Positions 10,928 to 19,948 of a DNA stretch of 64,000 bases are shown piece after piece. A program made the translations under genes and the position numbers. Under the pieces are notes generated by a model. It was not told where the DNA came from, did no database searches, and saw only the letters and a program-made list of their open reading frames with translations. Source of the DNA: Bacteroidota bacterium (GTDB taxonomy: Bacteria; Bacteroidota; Bacteroidia; AKYH767-A; 2013-40CM-41-45); NCBI GenBank assembly GCA_031427625.1, contig JANPNV010000054.1, positions 9,110 to 73,109 on the forward strand. The letters run 5' to 3'. The number at the start of each line of letters is the position of its first letter. The stretch's first letter is position 1.

Positions 10928-11960
10928 GAACGGAATCTTCAATATTGTTGAAAGAGTTTTTTATTGCGGCTACATCCAGTGAATCTTGTTTTATCCAGCT
11001 AAATTGTTTTTCGACACTGTTATAGATTGCCAGATATTCTTGTTCTGTTTGTCCGGGTGTGGGAATTAATAATGCAGCGAGATCCAGTTCTGCCAGATCC
11101 ATGATCGTCGAATATCCTGACCTGCAAATTATTTTTTTAGCATTTTTTAAAAGGCCTTTCAATTCATCATCAGAAAGGTGATTGTGCCAAGCTAGAGTTT
11201 CAGTATTTTGTTTCTCAACTTCACTGCCGGGTAATCCCCGAACAATGCAGCATTTCATTTTCAACTCAGGCAATAAATGAAGAAATTTTTCTTCAAGCAT
11301 AGTTCGTTGAGGCTCTGGACCGCTTAATAAAAGTACGATGTCATTGAATTCTGAAACTCGATAATTTTTGTTGCCGCTAAATCGACTCTGTATTCCTGTA
11401 TAAGTCGCATTTCTAGGCAACCGGCCATTGTGCGAAAGTTCTCCTGAATAATTCTTGTAATCATTGGTGTCAGGTATATGACATTCATTATATTTTTCCG
11501 CAATAGTTCTTACTATCAAATTAAGGAGTGAAGAAATGAATTTCAGACGAAGTGGTACTTGAATAAAAATCTGATGAGTAATAAAAACTGTATGAATTTT
11601 TTTATTCCACAGCCCATAACAATTGTCGGAGTATATTTTACCCAGATTGTGTTCTCGGATAATTTTTTTTAACCAGAAATTTTCCCTGATAACTGTTCTT
11701 ACTATGGAGGGCGACTGAAGGAGCATGCTCCAGGTCATTGATGAATTTTTCGGATAGGTGATGTTATAAGCAGGTTTGTCCAAAACTAAAAGCTCAGGAA
11801 AATACCTGATAAAAAATTCTTTCGCCTGACCACTCGATGCGAGAATAACGTGACATCCATTATTTTGCAGTCGCCTGATTAAAGGCACGCAACGTGTAGC
11901 ATGCCCAAGTCCCCAGTCGAGAGCGGCAACCAAAACATGTTTTTCCTTTTCAGTGTGCAT
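10914..11960 (-). CDS. GT28/MurG-like family glycosyltransferase (UDP-glycosyltransferase superfamily)
   Basis: 348 aa. N-terminal GxGHxxR motif (GLGHATRCVPLI) and a C-terminal MurG-like IICRSGYSTIMDLAELDLAALLIPTPGQTEQEY. Confidence 0.6.
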   Translation of the reverse strand: MHTEKEKHVLVAALDWGLGHATRCVPLIRRLQNNGCHVILASSGQAKEFFIRYFPELLVLDKPAYNITYPKNSSMTWSMLLQSPSIVRTVIRENFWLKKIIREHNLGKIYSDNCYGLWNKKIHTVFITHQIFIQVPLRLKFISSLLNLIVRTIAEKYNECHIPDTNDYKNYSGELSHNGRLPRNATYTGIQSRFSGNKNYRVSEFNDIVLLLSGPEPQRTMLEEKFLHLLPELKMKCCIVRGLPGSEVEKQNTETLAWHNHLSDDELKGLLKNAKKIICRSGYSTIMDLAELDLAALLIPTPGQTEQEYLAIYNSVEKQFSWIKQDSLDVAAIKNSFNNIEDSVLTEL

Positions 11961-12071
11961 ATGGGTTATGACAAAAATAAATTTTTACTCGCTGATAAAT
12001 TACTAATTCAATGGAGAATCATATTTTTTTTCAACTTTGCAAAAAAAAAGTCAGAAGTAGCTTATCAGTTT

Positions 12072-12749
12072 ATGGCGAAGAATAAATTAAGGCGATTTGA
12101 TGAGAATGCAACATTCCCCAATCTCATACAATCCGGAATATCATATCCTCCAGTAGATCATGAGCTGAAAGGTAGGTGGAAAAACACCTTTTTTGGTAAT
12201 GATAATCCGATTGTTCTGGAACTGGGATGCGGAAGAGGAGAATATGCCACAAATCTGGCGAAATTATTTCCGGAGAAGAATTTTATTGGCATCGACTGGA
12301 AGGGCGCGCGACTTTGGCGTGGTGCTAAAACCGGGATAGAAGAAAAAATCGGAAACGTTGCATTCTTAAGAATTCAAATCCAGAATATCACATCTTTTTT
12401 TTCGCACGATGAAGTCGATGAAATCTGGATAACATTTCCCGATCCGCAGATTTTGAAAACAGGTGTGAAAAAACGTCTCACATCACCACGATTTCTCAAT
12501 CTCTACAGGAGATTTATGGTTAAAGACGGAGTCGTAAATCTGAAAACGGACAGCAGGTTTTTTTATGATTATACCGCTGAAGTTATCAAAGAAGAGAAAC
12601 TTGAAGTGCTTATAGCTACAGATAATCTTTACGAAAAGGAACAGGACGAAGTTTTATCAATAAAAACTACCTATGAAAAAATGTGGCTGAAGGACGGTGC
12701 GAGAATTTGTTATTTGCGTTTCAGAATAAATAGCTATGAAGAAATCTGA
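12072..12749 (+). CDS. trmB: tRNA (guanine46-N7)-methyltransferase
   Basis: SAM-binding LELGCGRGEYATNLA and the TrmB-conserved IWITFPDP. The track ORF starts at 11901 and overlaps the divergent GT gene. ATG 12072 gives a typical 226 aa TrmB. Confidence 0.85.
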   Translation: MAKNKLRRFDENATFPNLIQSGISYPPVDHELKGRWKNTFFGNDNPIVLELGCGRGEYATNLAKLFPEKNFIGIDWKGARLWRGAKTGIEEKIGNVAFLRIQIQNITSFFSHDEVDEIWITFPDPQILKTGVKKRLTSPRFLNLYRRFMVKDGVVNLKTDSRFFYDYTAEVIKEEKLEVLIATDNLYEKEQDEVLSIKTTYEKMWLKDGARICYLRFRINSYEEI

Positions 12750-13086
12750 TAAGCTCGATTCATTTTTCGAACAGGTCTATGCTGTTGCTCGCCTTGTTCC
12801 GAAGGGAAGAGTTACTTCATATGGTGCTATTGCAAAATATTTAGGAGCAGCACGATCATCAAGAATGGTGGGCTGGGCAATGAATGGAGCGCATTCGGTA
12901 AAACCAAAAGTCCCTGCACACAGAGTGGTAAACCGTATTGGATTATTAACCGGTAAACATCATTTTGATACGGAAACAAAAATGAAAGAACTTTTAGAAA
13001 AAGAAGGTGTCAAAATTAAAAACGATCAGGTTGTTGATTTTAAAAAACGATTCTGGGACCCCTCCGAGGCCCTGAATGTTGAATAG
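12736..13086 (+). CDS. alkyltransferase-like protein (MGMT DNA-binding domain only, catalytic Cys replaced)
   Basis: 116 aa. It has the MGMT C-terminal domain fold motif (RVTSYGAIAKYLG...VPAHRVVN). The canonical PCHRV active-site Cys is Ala. There is no N-terminal MGMT domain. It overlaps the trmB end by 14 nt. Confidence 0.7.
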   Translation: MKKSDKLDSFFEQVYAVARLVPKGRVTSYGAIAKYLGAARSSRMVGWAMNGAHSVKPKVPAHRVVNRIGLLTGKHHFDTETKMKELLEKEGVKIKNDQVVDFKKRFWDPSEALNVE

Positions 13087-13149
13087 TGTTTTTTTGTCAT
13101 CTTCTCTTTTAGATGTAATACTTTATAAGGTGTAATTAGCTGATTTCTT

Positions 13150-13218
13150 TAGCGAATCATTCTTGGGAAACTAACGATCAAATTCGCTAATTATCACATC
13201 TGCCAATCATCACATCCC
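13150..13218. promoter_or_regulatory. 9-bp perfect inverted repeat TTAGCGAAT...(24 nt)...ATTCGCTAA followed by two tandem ATCACATC repeats, upstream of mrp/apbC
   Basis: Read directly from the sequence. It sits in the 165 bp gap between the atl-like gene and the mrp ATG. Confidence 0.35.
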
Positions 13219-13251
13219 TTGAGAACCGCTTCTCTTTTGTATCTTTGCCCA

Positions 13252-14355
13252 ATGGAAATTACCCGTGAATTGGTTGTTGATGCACTGCGAAATGTGATCG
13301 AGCCCGATCTGAAAAAGGATCTGATAACATTGAATATGATTGAGAATATTCAGATCGATGGAAAAAATGTCAGTTTTGACGTAATACTTACCACTCCGGC
13401 CTGTCCCTTAAAGACTCTTATTCAAAATGCCTGTATCAATGCCATCATTCATTTTGTCGACGAATCGGCGAAAGTTACAGCAAATATGCTTGCAAAAACT
13501 ACAAGCGGCAGGGCTGCTGATGGAGAGTTGCTGCCGGGAGTGAAAAATATTATTGCCATTGCTTCCGGAAAAGGTGGCGTCGGGAAATCAACCGTGGCTG
13601 CTAATCTGGCCATTGCACTTGCTGCAAGAGGAGCTAAGGTCGGACTAATCGATGCTGATATATATGGGCCTTCACAACATATTATGTTTGGAGTAGAAAA
13701 TGAAAGGCTTTTTATAAATGAGCGTGATGGTAAATCGTTCATGTTGCCAATAGATAAATATGGAGTTAAAGTTCTTTCGATTGGAATGCTCGTTGATCCA
13801 CACAAAGCAATTCCATGGAGAGGTCCCATGGCATCGAAAGCGCTTAAGCAACTTTTCGCAGATGCAGAATGGGGTGAATTAGATTATATGCTTATTGATC
13901 TTCCACCCGGAACTGGCGATATCCATCTTACACTTGTCAGTGCTGTTCCAGTAACGGGAGCCGTCATTGTCAGTACGCCGCAACATGTTGCATTGGCCGA
14001 TGTGAGAAAAGGAATAAACATGTTCCAGCTTGAATCTATCAACGTTCCTGTCCTTGGATTGATAGAGAACATGGCCTATTTCACACCAGAAGAATTACCT
14101 GACAACAAATATTACATCTTCGGAAAAGAAGGATGCAGGAAGCTGGCAGGTGAATTAGAAGTTCCATTCCTCGGAGAAATTCCTCTTGTACAGAGTATAA
14201 GAGAAGGGGGAGATACAGGAATTCCTGTCGCTCTCGATACTGATACAATCTCATCAAGAGCATTTGAAGAAGTAGTTGACAACCTCATCCGTCAGGTTTC
14301 AATCCGTAATGCTACTCAACCCGTATCAACAAAAACAGCTGCAGCGGCTTATTAA
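13252..14355 (+). CDS. apbC: Fe-S cluster carrier ATPase Mrp/ApbC/NBP35 family with N-terminal DUF59
   Basis: Walker A IAIASGKGGVGKST, the CxxC-like region and the N-terminal MIP18/DUF59 (ITRELVVDALRNVIEPDL). ATG 13252 is preferred over the upstream TTG 13219. Confidence 0.85.
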   Translation: MEITRELVVDALRNVIEPDLKKDLITLNMIENIQIDGKNVSFDVILTTPACPLKTLIQNACINAIIHFVDESAKVTANMLAKTTSGRAADGELLPGVKNIIAIASGKGGVGKSTVAANLAIALAARGAKVGLIDADIYGPSQHIMFGVENERLFINERDGKSFMLPIDKYGVKVLSIGMLVDPHKAIPWRGPMASKALKQLFADAEWGELDYMLIDLPPGTGDIHLTLVSAVPVTGAVIVSTPQHVALADVRKGINMFQLESINVPVLGLIENMAYFTPEELPDNKYYIFGKEGCRKLAGELEVPFLGEIPLVQSIREGGDTGIPVALDTDTISSRAFEEVVDNLIRQVSIRNATQPVSTKTAAAAY

Positions 14356-14363
14356 AAAAATCT

Positions 14364-14618
14364 ATGAAGACTATCAGTTCAGATCTGTACAATAGAGTAG
14401 AAGAAGCATTAAGCCAGCTCAGGCCTTATCTGGAGGCCGATAATGGAAATGTTTCCATTCTTGGAATTACAGATGAAATGATTGTGCGTCTGCGTTTTCA
14501 CGGTGCTTGCAGCTCGTGTAGTATGAGTGCAATGACATTGAAGGCTGGTATTGAGCAAACGATATTACGGATGGTACCGGAAATCAAAGGCGTTGTAGCG
14601 GAAGACGAAACGAATTAG
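14364..14618 (+). CDS. NifU-like (Nfu) Fe-S scaffold/carrier domain protein
   Basis: 84 aa with the GACSSCSMS motif of the Nfu/NifU C-terminal domain. It lies immediately downstream of mrp. Confidence 0.75.
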   Translation: MKTISSDLYNRVEEALSQLRPYLEADNGNVSILGITDEMIVRLRFHGACSSCSMSAMTLKAGIEQTILRMVPEIKGVVAEDETN

Positions 14619-14701
14619 CTAGCGATTTTTCTAATTAAAATATTCGCAAATTAATGTTTGTCTGTTTTCTGAAAAAGAAAATTACTCTCGACTCGAATTG
14701 A

Positions 14702-15517
14702 TTACTGCACTAAAAACTTACTTACTTTTTCGAAATAAAAGTTTTTGTTAGAAGAGAAGTTTTCAGCATTCGAAGGACTTTCCGGAACGATATAAGTCAT
14801 CGTTGAGCACTTCAACAATTTCATATCGACCGGGTTTAGCATATTGTCTTGCGGTGAAACAATTAGTAAAACGCCTTTTAAATTTGGACGCATTTTATCG
14901 CAGGCATACATGGGTTCGAATGTTTTGTCAAAGCCAAAGGGAATGATGATATCCTTTTCTTTTTTCTCCTTGTATTTCTTTTTCATCAGCTCAAGTCCAG
15001 TCCATGGTCCATCAGCAATTATTTTACGTGTCTCCGGACGATTGCATCCAACACCAAGTGAAAGTCCACCGCCAATGTTTTGTCCGTAAAGGTCGAATTT
15101 TGTTATCGCTCTTGACTTACGCAGATAATCCGCAACTGCGTTGAGGTCAGTTAAAAACTGAGGATAGATGTATGTGTCGGCATCGATATCAAATGAACTG
15201 CTGGAACCATATCCGCGATAATCATACATACATACATTCCATCCGGCGGAAAGAAACTGTCCGCAGATTTCAATGTTGTCGGCCATATTGCCATCACCGC
15301 TACCACTGATAATTACCCAGTTTGTAGTTTTCTTGGGAGTATCAAAAAACCATGCGTTTAGTGAAGCATCGTCTTTCGTAGTAATTTTTTCTTCTTTATA
15401 AACCATTCCGTATTTCTCGGGTTTCACTTTATATTCTTTAGAAGGATTCAATGAATACATTGGCGTGCTCAGGTATAAGAGCGCGCCGGAAAGAAGAAGC
15501 AGTGATTTTAGATTCAT
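14702..15517 (-). CDS. secreted alpha/beta-hydrolase fold protein (dienelactone hydrolase-like)
   Basis: A signal peptide begins at the MNLKSLLLLSGALLYLS internal ATG (15517). The spacing of GQNIGG (GxxxG near the nucleophile) and the hydrolase fold pattern fit. The exact family is not resolved. Confidence 0.5.
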   Translation of the reverse strand: MNLKSLLLLSGALLYLSTPMYSLNPSKEYKVKPEKYGMVYKEEKITTKDDASLNAWFFDTPKKTTNWVIISGSGDGNMADNIEICGQFLSAGWNVCMYDYRGYGSSSSFDIDADTYIYPQFLTDLNAVADYLRKSRAITKFDLYGQNIGGGLSLGVGCNRPETRKIIADGPWTGLELMKKKYKEKKEKDIIIPFGFDKTFEPMYACDKMRPNLKGVLLIVSPQDNMLNPVDMKLLKCSTMTYIVPESPSNAENFSSNKNFYFEKVSKFLVQ

Positions 15518-15688
15518 GGCGTTGATTTGGTTGAGGCGATAAAAATAAACATTCAAATGAATATTGAAGAAGGAAAATGGAAGATCAGAGCCAATAATTT
15601 TTCAATCTTCATTCTTCATTCTATTTTAGATTGAATATGCAGAAGGATTAATGAGGATCAGAAGAAATTGTCAGTAACAGATTTGTAG

Positions 15689-17530
15689 TTACTCTACTGT
15701 AACCGATTTAGCCAGATTTCTGGGTTGGTCAACGTTACAGCCGCGCATAACGGCGATGTAATAGGAAAGCAACTGAAGTGGCACTACAGCAAGTAATGGC
15801 ATCAGAAGATCGTCGGCATCAGGAATTTCAATGACGTAGTCGGCAAGTCCTTTTACAATGGTATCGCCTTCTGTGACGATGGCAATAATTTTTCCTTTGC
15901 GGGCTTTTACTTCCTGAATATTGCTGACGACTTTATCATAAGTCTCATTCTTATTTGCGATCACTACGACAGGCATGTTTTCATCAATGAGAGCGATTGG
16001 GCCATGTTTCATTTCAGCAGCAGGATAACCTTCAGCATGGATGTAAGAAATTTCTTTCAACTTCAGTGCTCCTTCGAGAGCGACAGGGAAACCATAACCA
16101 CGGCCGAGATAAAGGAAGTTTTTGGCATTCTGATATTTTTCGGCAATCGTCTTAATGAGATCGCTTGCAGCTAAAGCTTTTTCTACTTTGGCTGGGATTG
16201 CTTCAAGTTCGTTTAATAATTGATGAAAACGGGAATCTGTTAAGTTGCCTCGCGATTTAGCTATTTGAAGTGCAATCAGAGTAAGAACTGTTACTTGTGC
16301 AGTGAATGCTTTTGTTGAAGCTACGCCTATTTCCGGTCCCGCATGCGTATATGCACCTGCATGCGTGGCGCGAGGAATGGATGAACCAACTACATTACAA
16401 ACTCCAAAAATTGTAGCTCCTTTTGATTTAGCAAGTTCAATTGCTGCAAGTGTATCTGCTGTTTCGCCTGATTGCGAAATTGGGATCACAATATCATCTT
16501 CATAGATAACAGGATTCCTGTACCGGAACTCAGATGCATATTCTACTTCAACAGGTATTCGTGCAAGATCTTCGAAAAGATATTCGGCTACAAGGCCTGC
16601 ATGCCATGAGGTTCCACAACCGATGATGACAATTCTTTTCGCTTCCTTAAATTTAGTTTCATATTCTGCGACACCACCGAGTCGAAGAAATCCTTTTTTC
16701 GCATCGATTCGTCCCCGCATACTATCCCAGATAGAACGTGGCTGCTCGTAAATTTCTTTAAGCATGAAATGCTCATATCCACCCTTCTCAAGTTGCTCGA
16801 GTTTAAGTTCAAGCTCGTGGATGTATGGCGATTTTACCTGGTTGTCAATTGTTTTTACTGTAAGAACACCATCACGAATAAATGCAACTTCTCCGTCGTT
16901 CAGGTAAATAACATTGTTTGTATATTCGATGATAGGTGTTGCATCGGAAGCAACAAAAAATTCATCATTATTTTTTCCTACGCCAAGTACTATCGGACTT
17001 CCCTTTCTTGCACAGATAAGTTCGTTCGGATTATCTTTAGAAAGAACAACAATAGCATAAGCTCCTATTACTTCTCCTAATGCAAGACGTACTGCTTCGT
17101 CAAGCGATACATGTGCATTGTCATGAATGTCTTCGATCAGGTGAATTAAAACTTCTGTGTCAGTATCACTTTTGAAAATATGCCCTCGTTTGCTGAGTTC
17201 TGCTTTAATTGATGAATAATTTTCGATGATACCATTATGGATAACGGCAAGTTTTTCCGATTGTGAATAATGCGGATGTGCGTTACGGTCATTTGGTTCC
17301 CCATGGGTAGCCCACCGTGTATGACCCATTCCAATTGTTCCGGATACATCTTTATCTTTCGCAAAATTATTGAGCTCACTGACTTTGCCGGCCTTCTTAT
17401 ATACTTTTAGGTCACCATTCAGAATTGCAATACCTGCAGAGTCATATCCACGATATTCAAGACGCTGTAAACCTTTTATCAGAATCGGATAAACTTCCCG
17501 ATGTCCGATATATGCGACGATTCCACACAT
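15689..17530 (-). CDS. glmS: glutamine--fructose-6-phosphate aminotransferase
   Basis: N-terminal MCGIVAYIG (the Ntn Cys), two SIS domains and the terminal ...KSVTVE. Confidence 0.95.
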   Translation of the reverse strand: MCGIVAYIGHREVYPILIKGLQRLEYRGYDSAGIAILNGDLKVYKKAGKVSELNNFAKDKDVSGTIGMGHTRWATHGEPNDRNAHPHYSQSEKLAVIHNGIIENYSSIKAELSKRGHIFKSDTDTEVLIHLIEDIHDNAHVSLDEAVRLALGEVIGAYAIVVLSKDNPNELICARKGSPIVLGVGKNNDEFFVASDATPIIEYTNNVIYLNDGEVAFIRDGVLTVKTIDNQVKSPYIHELELKLEQLEKGGYEHFMLKEIYEQPRSIWDSMRGRIDAKKGFLRLGGVAEYETKFKEAKRIVIIGCGTSWHAGLVAEYLFEDLARIPVEVEYASEFRYRNPVIYEDDIVIPISQSGETADTLAAIELAKSKGATIFGVCNVVGSSIPRATHAGAYTHAGPEIGVASTKAFTAQVTVLTLIALQIAKSRGNLTDSRFHQLLNELEAIPAKVEKALAASDLIKTIAEKYQNAKNFLYLGRGYGFPVALEGALKLKEISYIHAEGYPAAEMKHGPIALIDENMPVVVIANKNETYDKVVSNIQEVKARKGKIIAIVTEGDTIVKGLADYVIEIPDADDLLMPLLAVVPLQLLSYYIAVMRGCNVDQPRNLAKSVTVE

Positions 17531-17542
17531 GATCGATAAGTA

Positions 17543-18880
17543 TTAGTAAAGTTTTGTATAAAAGAATGAAAGCTTCATTCGGGAATTCGGATTTATTCCA
17601 CTTCTCAAAATTAGTCGGTTCCCAAGTACTCCGCTTCCGGAGATGACGAGTTCGAAGTCTGCGTTATGGATAGCGCCGTTCAGATAAAGTTGCAATTGCC
17701 GACCGATATTGAAAGTGTACGTGTAACCATCGGTATTAAGAAAGCCACCATAATAGGTAGCTGATTCATAATAGTCAATTGGGAATATGGATGTCCCGCT
17801 GTTGTCAGTAGTTACAAGAATTAACTTGGCGGGTAATGAATATGGAATAACAATTGGCATAACTCCCTCGATTTTTAATTCTGCCCGGTTAACAACAATA
17901 CTCCCTGAATCAAGAAAATGTTTCAAATAGGGGAATGATATTTTTGTCTTTACACCTGACATAGCCTGTACGTAATTTACGGAGTCGTTAAAAGCCGGGT
18001 TGTTCAGCTGGTTTCCAACGGGGCTTCCTGTAAAATCATGTGAAAAATGATTAACTCTGGCTCCTGCAATAGAGAAATTATAATTCTTTGCAGTATTCGT
18101 AGTGTCGTGAAAATACAACGTCATTTTTGAGCTAATGAAATTGAAATAAGAAATTGCTCCCTGGCCTGTAGCATCTGTTGCTTCCAGGTAAAGACCTTTG
18201 AAGTAGGCGATCCAGTTAGCGTTTGATGAAAATTCTGGTAGTCCGTTTAATGCAACAAGACTGTCAGCAAGAGCTATACTTAATGGAATGCGGATATGGG
18301 CAACGGTTTCTGGAGAATCAACCGTATTAGGATGTGGTGTAAAACTCAATGTGCCTAGTGCAGAAGGATCAAAACCGAAAGTCTTCGAGGAATAGTAACT
18401 ACTATCTATGTGAATGTCTTCGTTAAGTCTGAATACGTTTATTGTTTGCGATGATGTAGTATCACCATGGTATCCTGCATAGGTAAGAATTAACACGAGT
18501 GAATCTGCAACGGGCAACACACCAAATGACGGAGTGCCGACAAGATTGACCTGTGTATAAACCGATGCAGTTGAAAGTCCAAAGACAGGATCTCTGTCGC
18601 TGCCAATAATCTGTAATGAGAGCTCATCCGATTTCAGCGAATCTTCTGTGACAGTAGTGGTTAATACATAAGTGGAATCGCTGAAAACTGTTCCTAACTG
18701 ATCACCGGTAGGCAAAAGATTGAGACCAACTTCATTTTCATCCTTGCAACCGCCCGAAAACAATATTGAGGTCAGGATGATTAACAACAAAAAAGATTTC
18801 CTCCACAATTTTGTGAAGGAAATCTTTTTTAATAAAAATGATTTATTCGGAGAGATCTTTTTCAATAGCAAGGCCGGCAA
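17543..18880 (-). CDS. DUF4270-like lipoprotein (conserved glmS neighbour in Bacteroidota)
   Basis: Lipobox LFSGGC. The conserved position between glmS and the glycogen-synthase-like gene supports the call. The start is uncertain. Confidence 0.45.
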   Translation of the reverse strand: MPALLLKKISPNKSFLLKKISFTKLWRKSFLLLIILTSILFSGGCKDENEVGLNLLPTGDQLGTVFSDSTYVLTTTVTEDSLKSDELSLQIIGSDRDPVFGLSTASVYTQVNLVGTPSFGVLPVADSLVLILTYAGYHGDTTSSQTINVFRLNEDIHIDSSYYSSKTFGFDPSALGTLSFTPHPNTVDSPETVAHIRIPLSIALADSLVALNGLPEFSSNANWIAYFKGLYLEATDATGQGAISYFNFISSKMTLYFHDTTNTAKNYNFSIAGARVNHFSHDFTGSPVGNQLNNPAFNDSVNYVQAMSGVKTKISFPYLKHFLDSGSIVVNRAELKIEGVMPIVIPYSLPAKLILVTTDNSGTSIFPIDYYESATYYGGFLNTDGYTYTFNIGRQLQLYLNGAIHNADFELVISGSGVLGNRLILRSGINPNSRMKLSFFYTKLY

Positions 18881-18910
18881 ATTTGGGAGAACCGGAAAAA
18901 ATTAATCTGA

Positions 18911-19747
18911 TTAACTTGTTAATACCGCTTCCTGTTCGAGAAGTTCGTCATAAAAATCTGAATAAGCAGATACAAAATTGCTATCATCTTCGAATGACTG
19001 ATATTGAAGAACGGGTTTGTTTGCCTTCTTGATAAAGCTGTCGAGTGTAGTATTTTTCTCGTCACAACCTTTAACAATGCCATCGCACCATTTCATTGCA
19101 GCAAGATTTATATTGACCATCGAAGGATCTTTATATAGTTTCAAGTCGTCAGCAGTTACTCCATCCATTTTCATTTTCTTAACGAGATTAGGACTCATTA
19201 ATTCGTCCATATCCTGATAGTACGATGAAAAAACAATTTTGCTATTACGGAACATTGGATCGTCTTTGTATCCTGTCTTTACGAAAAACGGAATCAATGA
19301 TGTCATCCAACCGTGACAATGAATAATGTCAGGAGCCCAACCGAGTTTTTTTACAGTCTCTAATACTCCGCGACAAAAGAACACCATTCTGTCTTCGTTG
19401 TCTTTATGAAACTTTTTCTTAGCATCACGGAAAATTGATTTGCGCTGAAAATATTCTTCATTATCAATAAAGTAAACCTGCATACGGGCACTTTGTATCG
19501 AAGCAACTTTGATGATTAACGGGTGATCTGAATCGTCGATGATAAGATTCATGCCGGATAAGCGAATTACTTCATGTAACTGATTTCTACGCTCATTAAT
19601 TAATCCGAATCGTGGCATAAAGGTCCGGATTTCCTTACCTTTTTCTTGTATTCCCTGAGGAAGATGACGGGCAATCTTTGAAACGTCTGTCAACTCAAGG
19701 AAGGGTGTAATTTCCTGGGAAACAAATAAAATTTTTGCTTTCTTCAT
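18911..19747 (-). CDS. glycogen/starch synthase-like protein (GT5 N-terminal domain only)
   Basis: KILFVSQEITPF...K.GGLADV-like N-terminal region of glycogen synthase. It is only ~279 aa. The internal ATG 19747 was chosen as the start. Confidence 0.6.
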   Translation of the reverse strand: MKKAKILFVSQEITPFLELTDVSKIARHLPQGIQEKGKEIRTFMPRFGLINERRNQLHEVIRLSGMNLIIDDSDHPLIIKVASIQSARMQVYFIDNEEYFQRKSIFRDAKKKFHKDNEDRMVFFCRGVLETVKKLGWAPDIIHCHGWMTSLIPFFVKTGYKDDPMFRNSKIVFSSYYQDMDELMSPNLVKKMKMDGVTADDLKLYKDPSMVNINLAAMKWCDGIVKGCDEKNTTLDSFIKKANKPVLQYQSFEDDSNFVSAYSDFYDELLEQEAVLTS

Positions 19748-19948
19748 TCTTGAGGTTGGATTTATAAATTTGGCTCGCAAAGATAAGGTTTTTTGGGCAG
19801 TTTTTCAATAACTATTTGTCATAATCACCAGAAAAGACGCGGTTTTTATTACAGATTCAATAGCTTTGAATTTTAAACGATTGATACTTAAATAGTAATA
19901 CAAATGGATTCTACACTCGCCGGAAAAACAGGAATTAATGAGCGAAAA

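Noticed and set aside
11901-12071. 5' extension of trmB in the ORF track, overlapping the divergent glycosyltransferase
   Set aside because: The extension has no TrmB homology. It would overlap the GT start on the opposite strand by 60 nt. The internal ATG 12072 gives a canonical TrmB length.
13449-13829. 126 aa minus-strand ORF inside mrp/apbC
   Set aside because: Antisense to a confidently assigned gene. A GC-rich third-position artefact (Ala/Ser/Pro-rich).
14915-14935. tRNA T-arm-like string GGGTTCGAATG
   Set aside because: It lies inside the alpha/beta hydrolase CDS and does not match GGTTCGAATCC. No acceptor, D or anticodon stems are nearby.
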